From NCBI RefSeq assembly GCF_963853765.1, contig NC_088853.1, positions 20,832,001 to 20,896,000 of the forward strand: DNA of 64,000 nt. Reading direction: 5' to 3'. Position numbers and translations under genes: made by a program. The notes under the pieces were generated by a model that saw only the letters and a list, made by a program, of their open reading frames with translations, was not told where the DNA came from and did not search any database. Shown here piece after piece: positions 63,784 to 64,000 of this stretch. Position 1 is the stretch's first letter; each line of letters begins with the position of its first letter. This stretch comes from Magallana gigas. Taxonomy: Eukaryota.

Positions 63784-64000
63784 AACTAGAGCCGAGCTCG
63801 TTGCAAAGCAACGAGTAGGTCTTCCGTCGCAACTTCGTGTCGCGAAAGGATTGTCCATCAGTCTGATTTAAACACCTTCTTCTCCTGACACTTGTCAGAG
63901 CCAGAACCTGTATTGATAAAATGTCATCTTTACACGACCATTTCTTCTTACCAATAAGAGCTTTAGAAAATTGATTGAAACTCTTCAAATGGAGACAAAA
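63784..64000. mobile_element. Probable terminus of a Helentron/HINE-like element running off the right edge
   Basis: aactagag followed by hairpin CTCGTTGC-AAA-GCAACGAG (63797-63815); the architecture resembles the aacaagag+hairpin termini elsewhere in the window. Confidence 0.45.

Noticed and set aside
1-64000. tRNA, rRNA or tRNA-derived SINE genes
   Set aside because: No convincing A-box/B-box pair with cloverleaf and no rRNA-like segment found by eye; a tRNAscan-SE or Infernal run would be needed to exclude divergent copies.

Overview
Eukaryotic, AT-rich genomic DNA. It is very probably oyster (Crassostrea/Magallana), judged from a Cg170-like ~166-bp satellite array carried in a non-autonomous Helentron (HINE) and from typical bivalve MITEs and (GA)n microsatellites. 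No prokaryotic features, CRISPR arrays, rRNA or tRNA genes were seen. Gene content: (1) the first coding exon (9613-9711, minus strand) and promoter of a couch potato/RBPMS RNA-binding-protein gene, whose intron 1 runs off the left edge; (2) a ~19-kb gene-poor, TE-rich interval with a 133-N assembly gap; (3) three intact paralogous GPCR genes with single-exon ORFs (29284-30501, 31702-32856, 43019-44212) related to sex-peptide/myoinhibitory-peptide receptors; (4) two tandem 3-exon genes for predicted secreted PAN/apple-like plus C-type-lectin-domain proteins (50035-53715, 59165-61479); (5) many small transposons, several with readable TIRs and TSDs. The best candidate for an undescribed system is the GPCR trio. 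All three replace the near-invariant TM3 Arg (QRY to HQ[A/V]), carry Lys at about 3.43 and 7.46 near acidic 2.50 and 7.49, and conserve an N-terminal [LIM]YG[SY]WG motif resembling the C-terminus of MIP/Wamide ligands. The adjacent lectin pair lacks Ca2+/sugar-binding motifs and has a shifted cysteine pattern. Family assignments rest on motif recognition by eye; no database search was run, and novelty is unverified.
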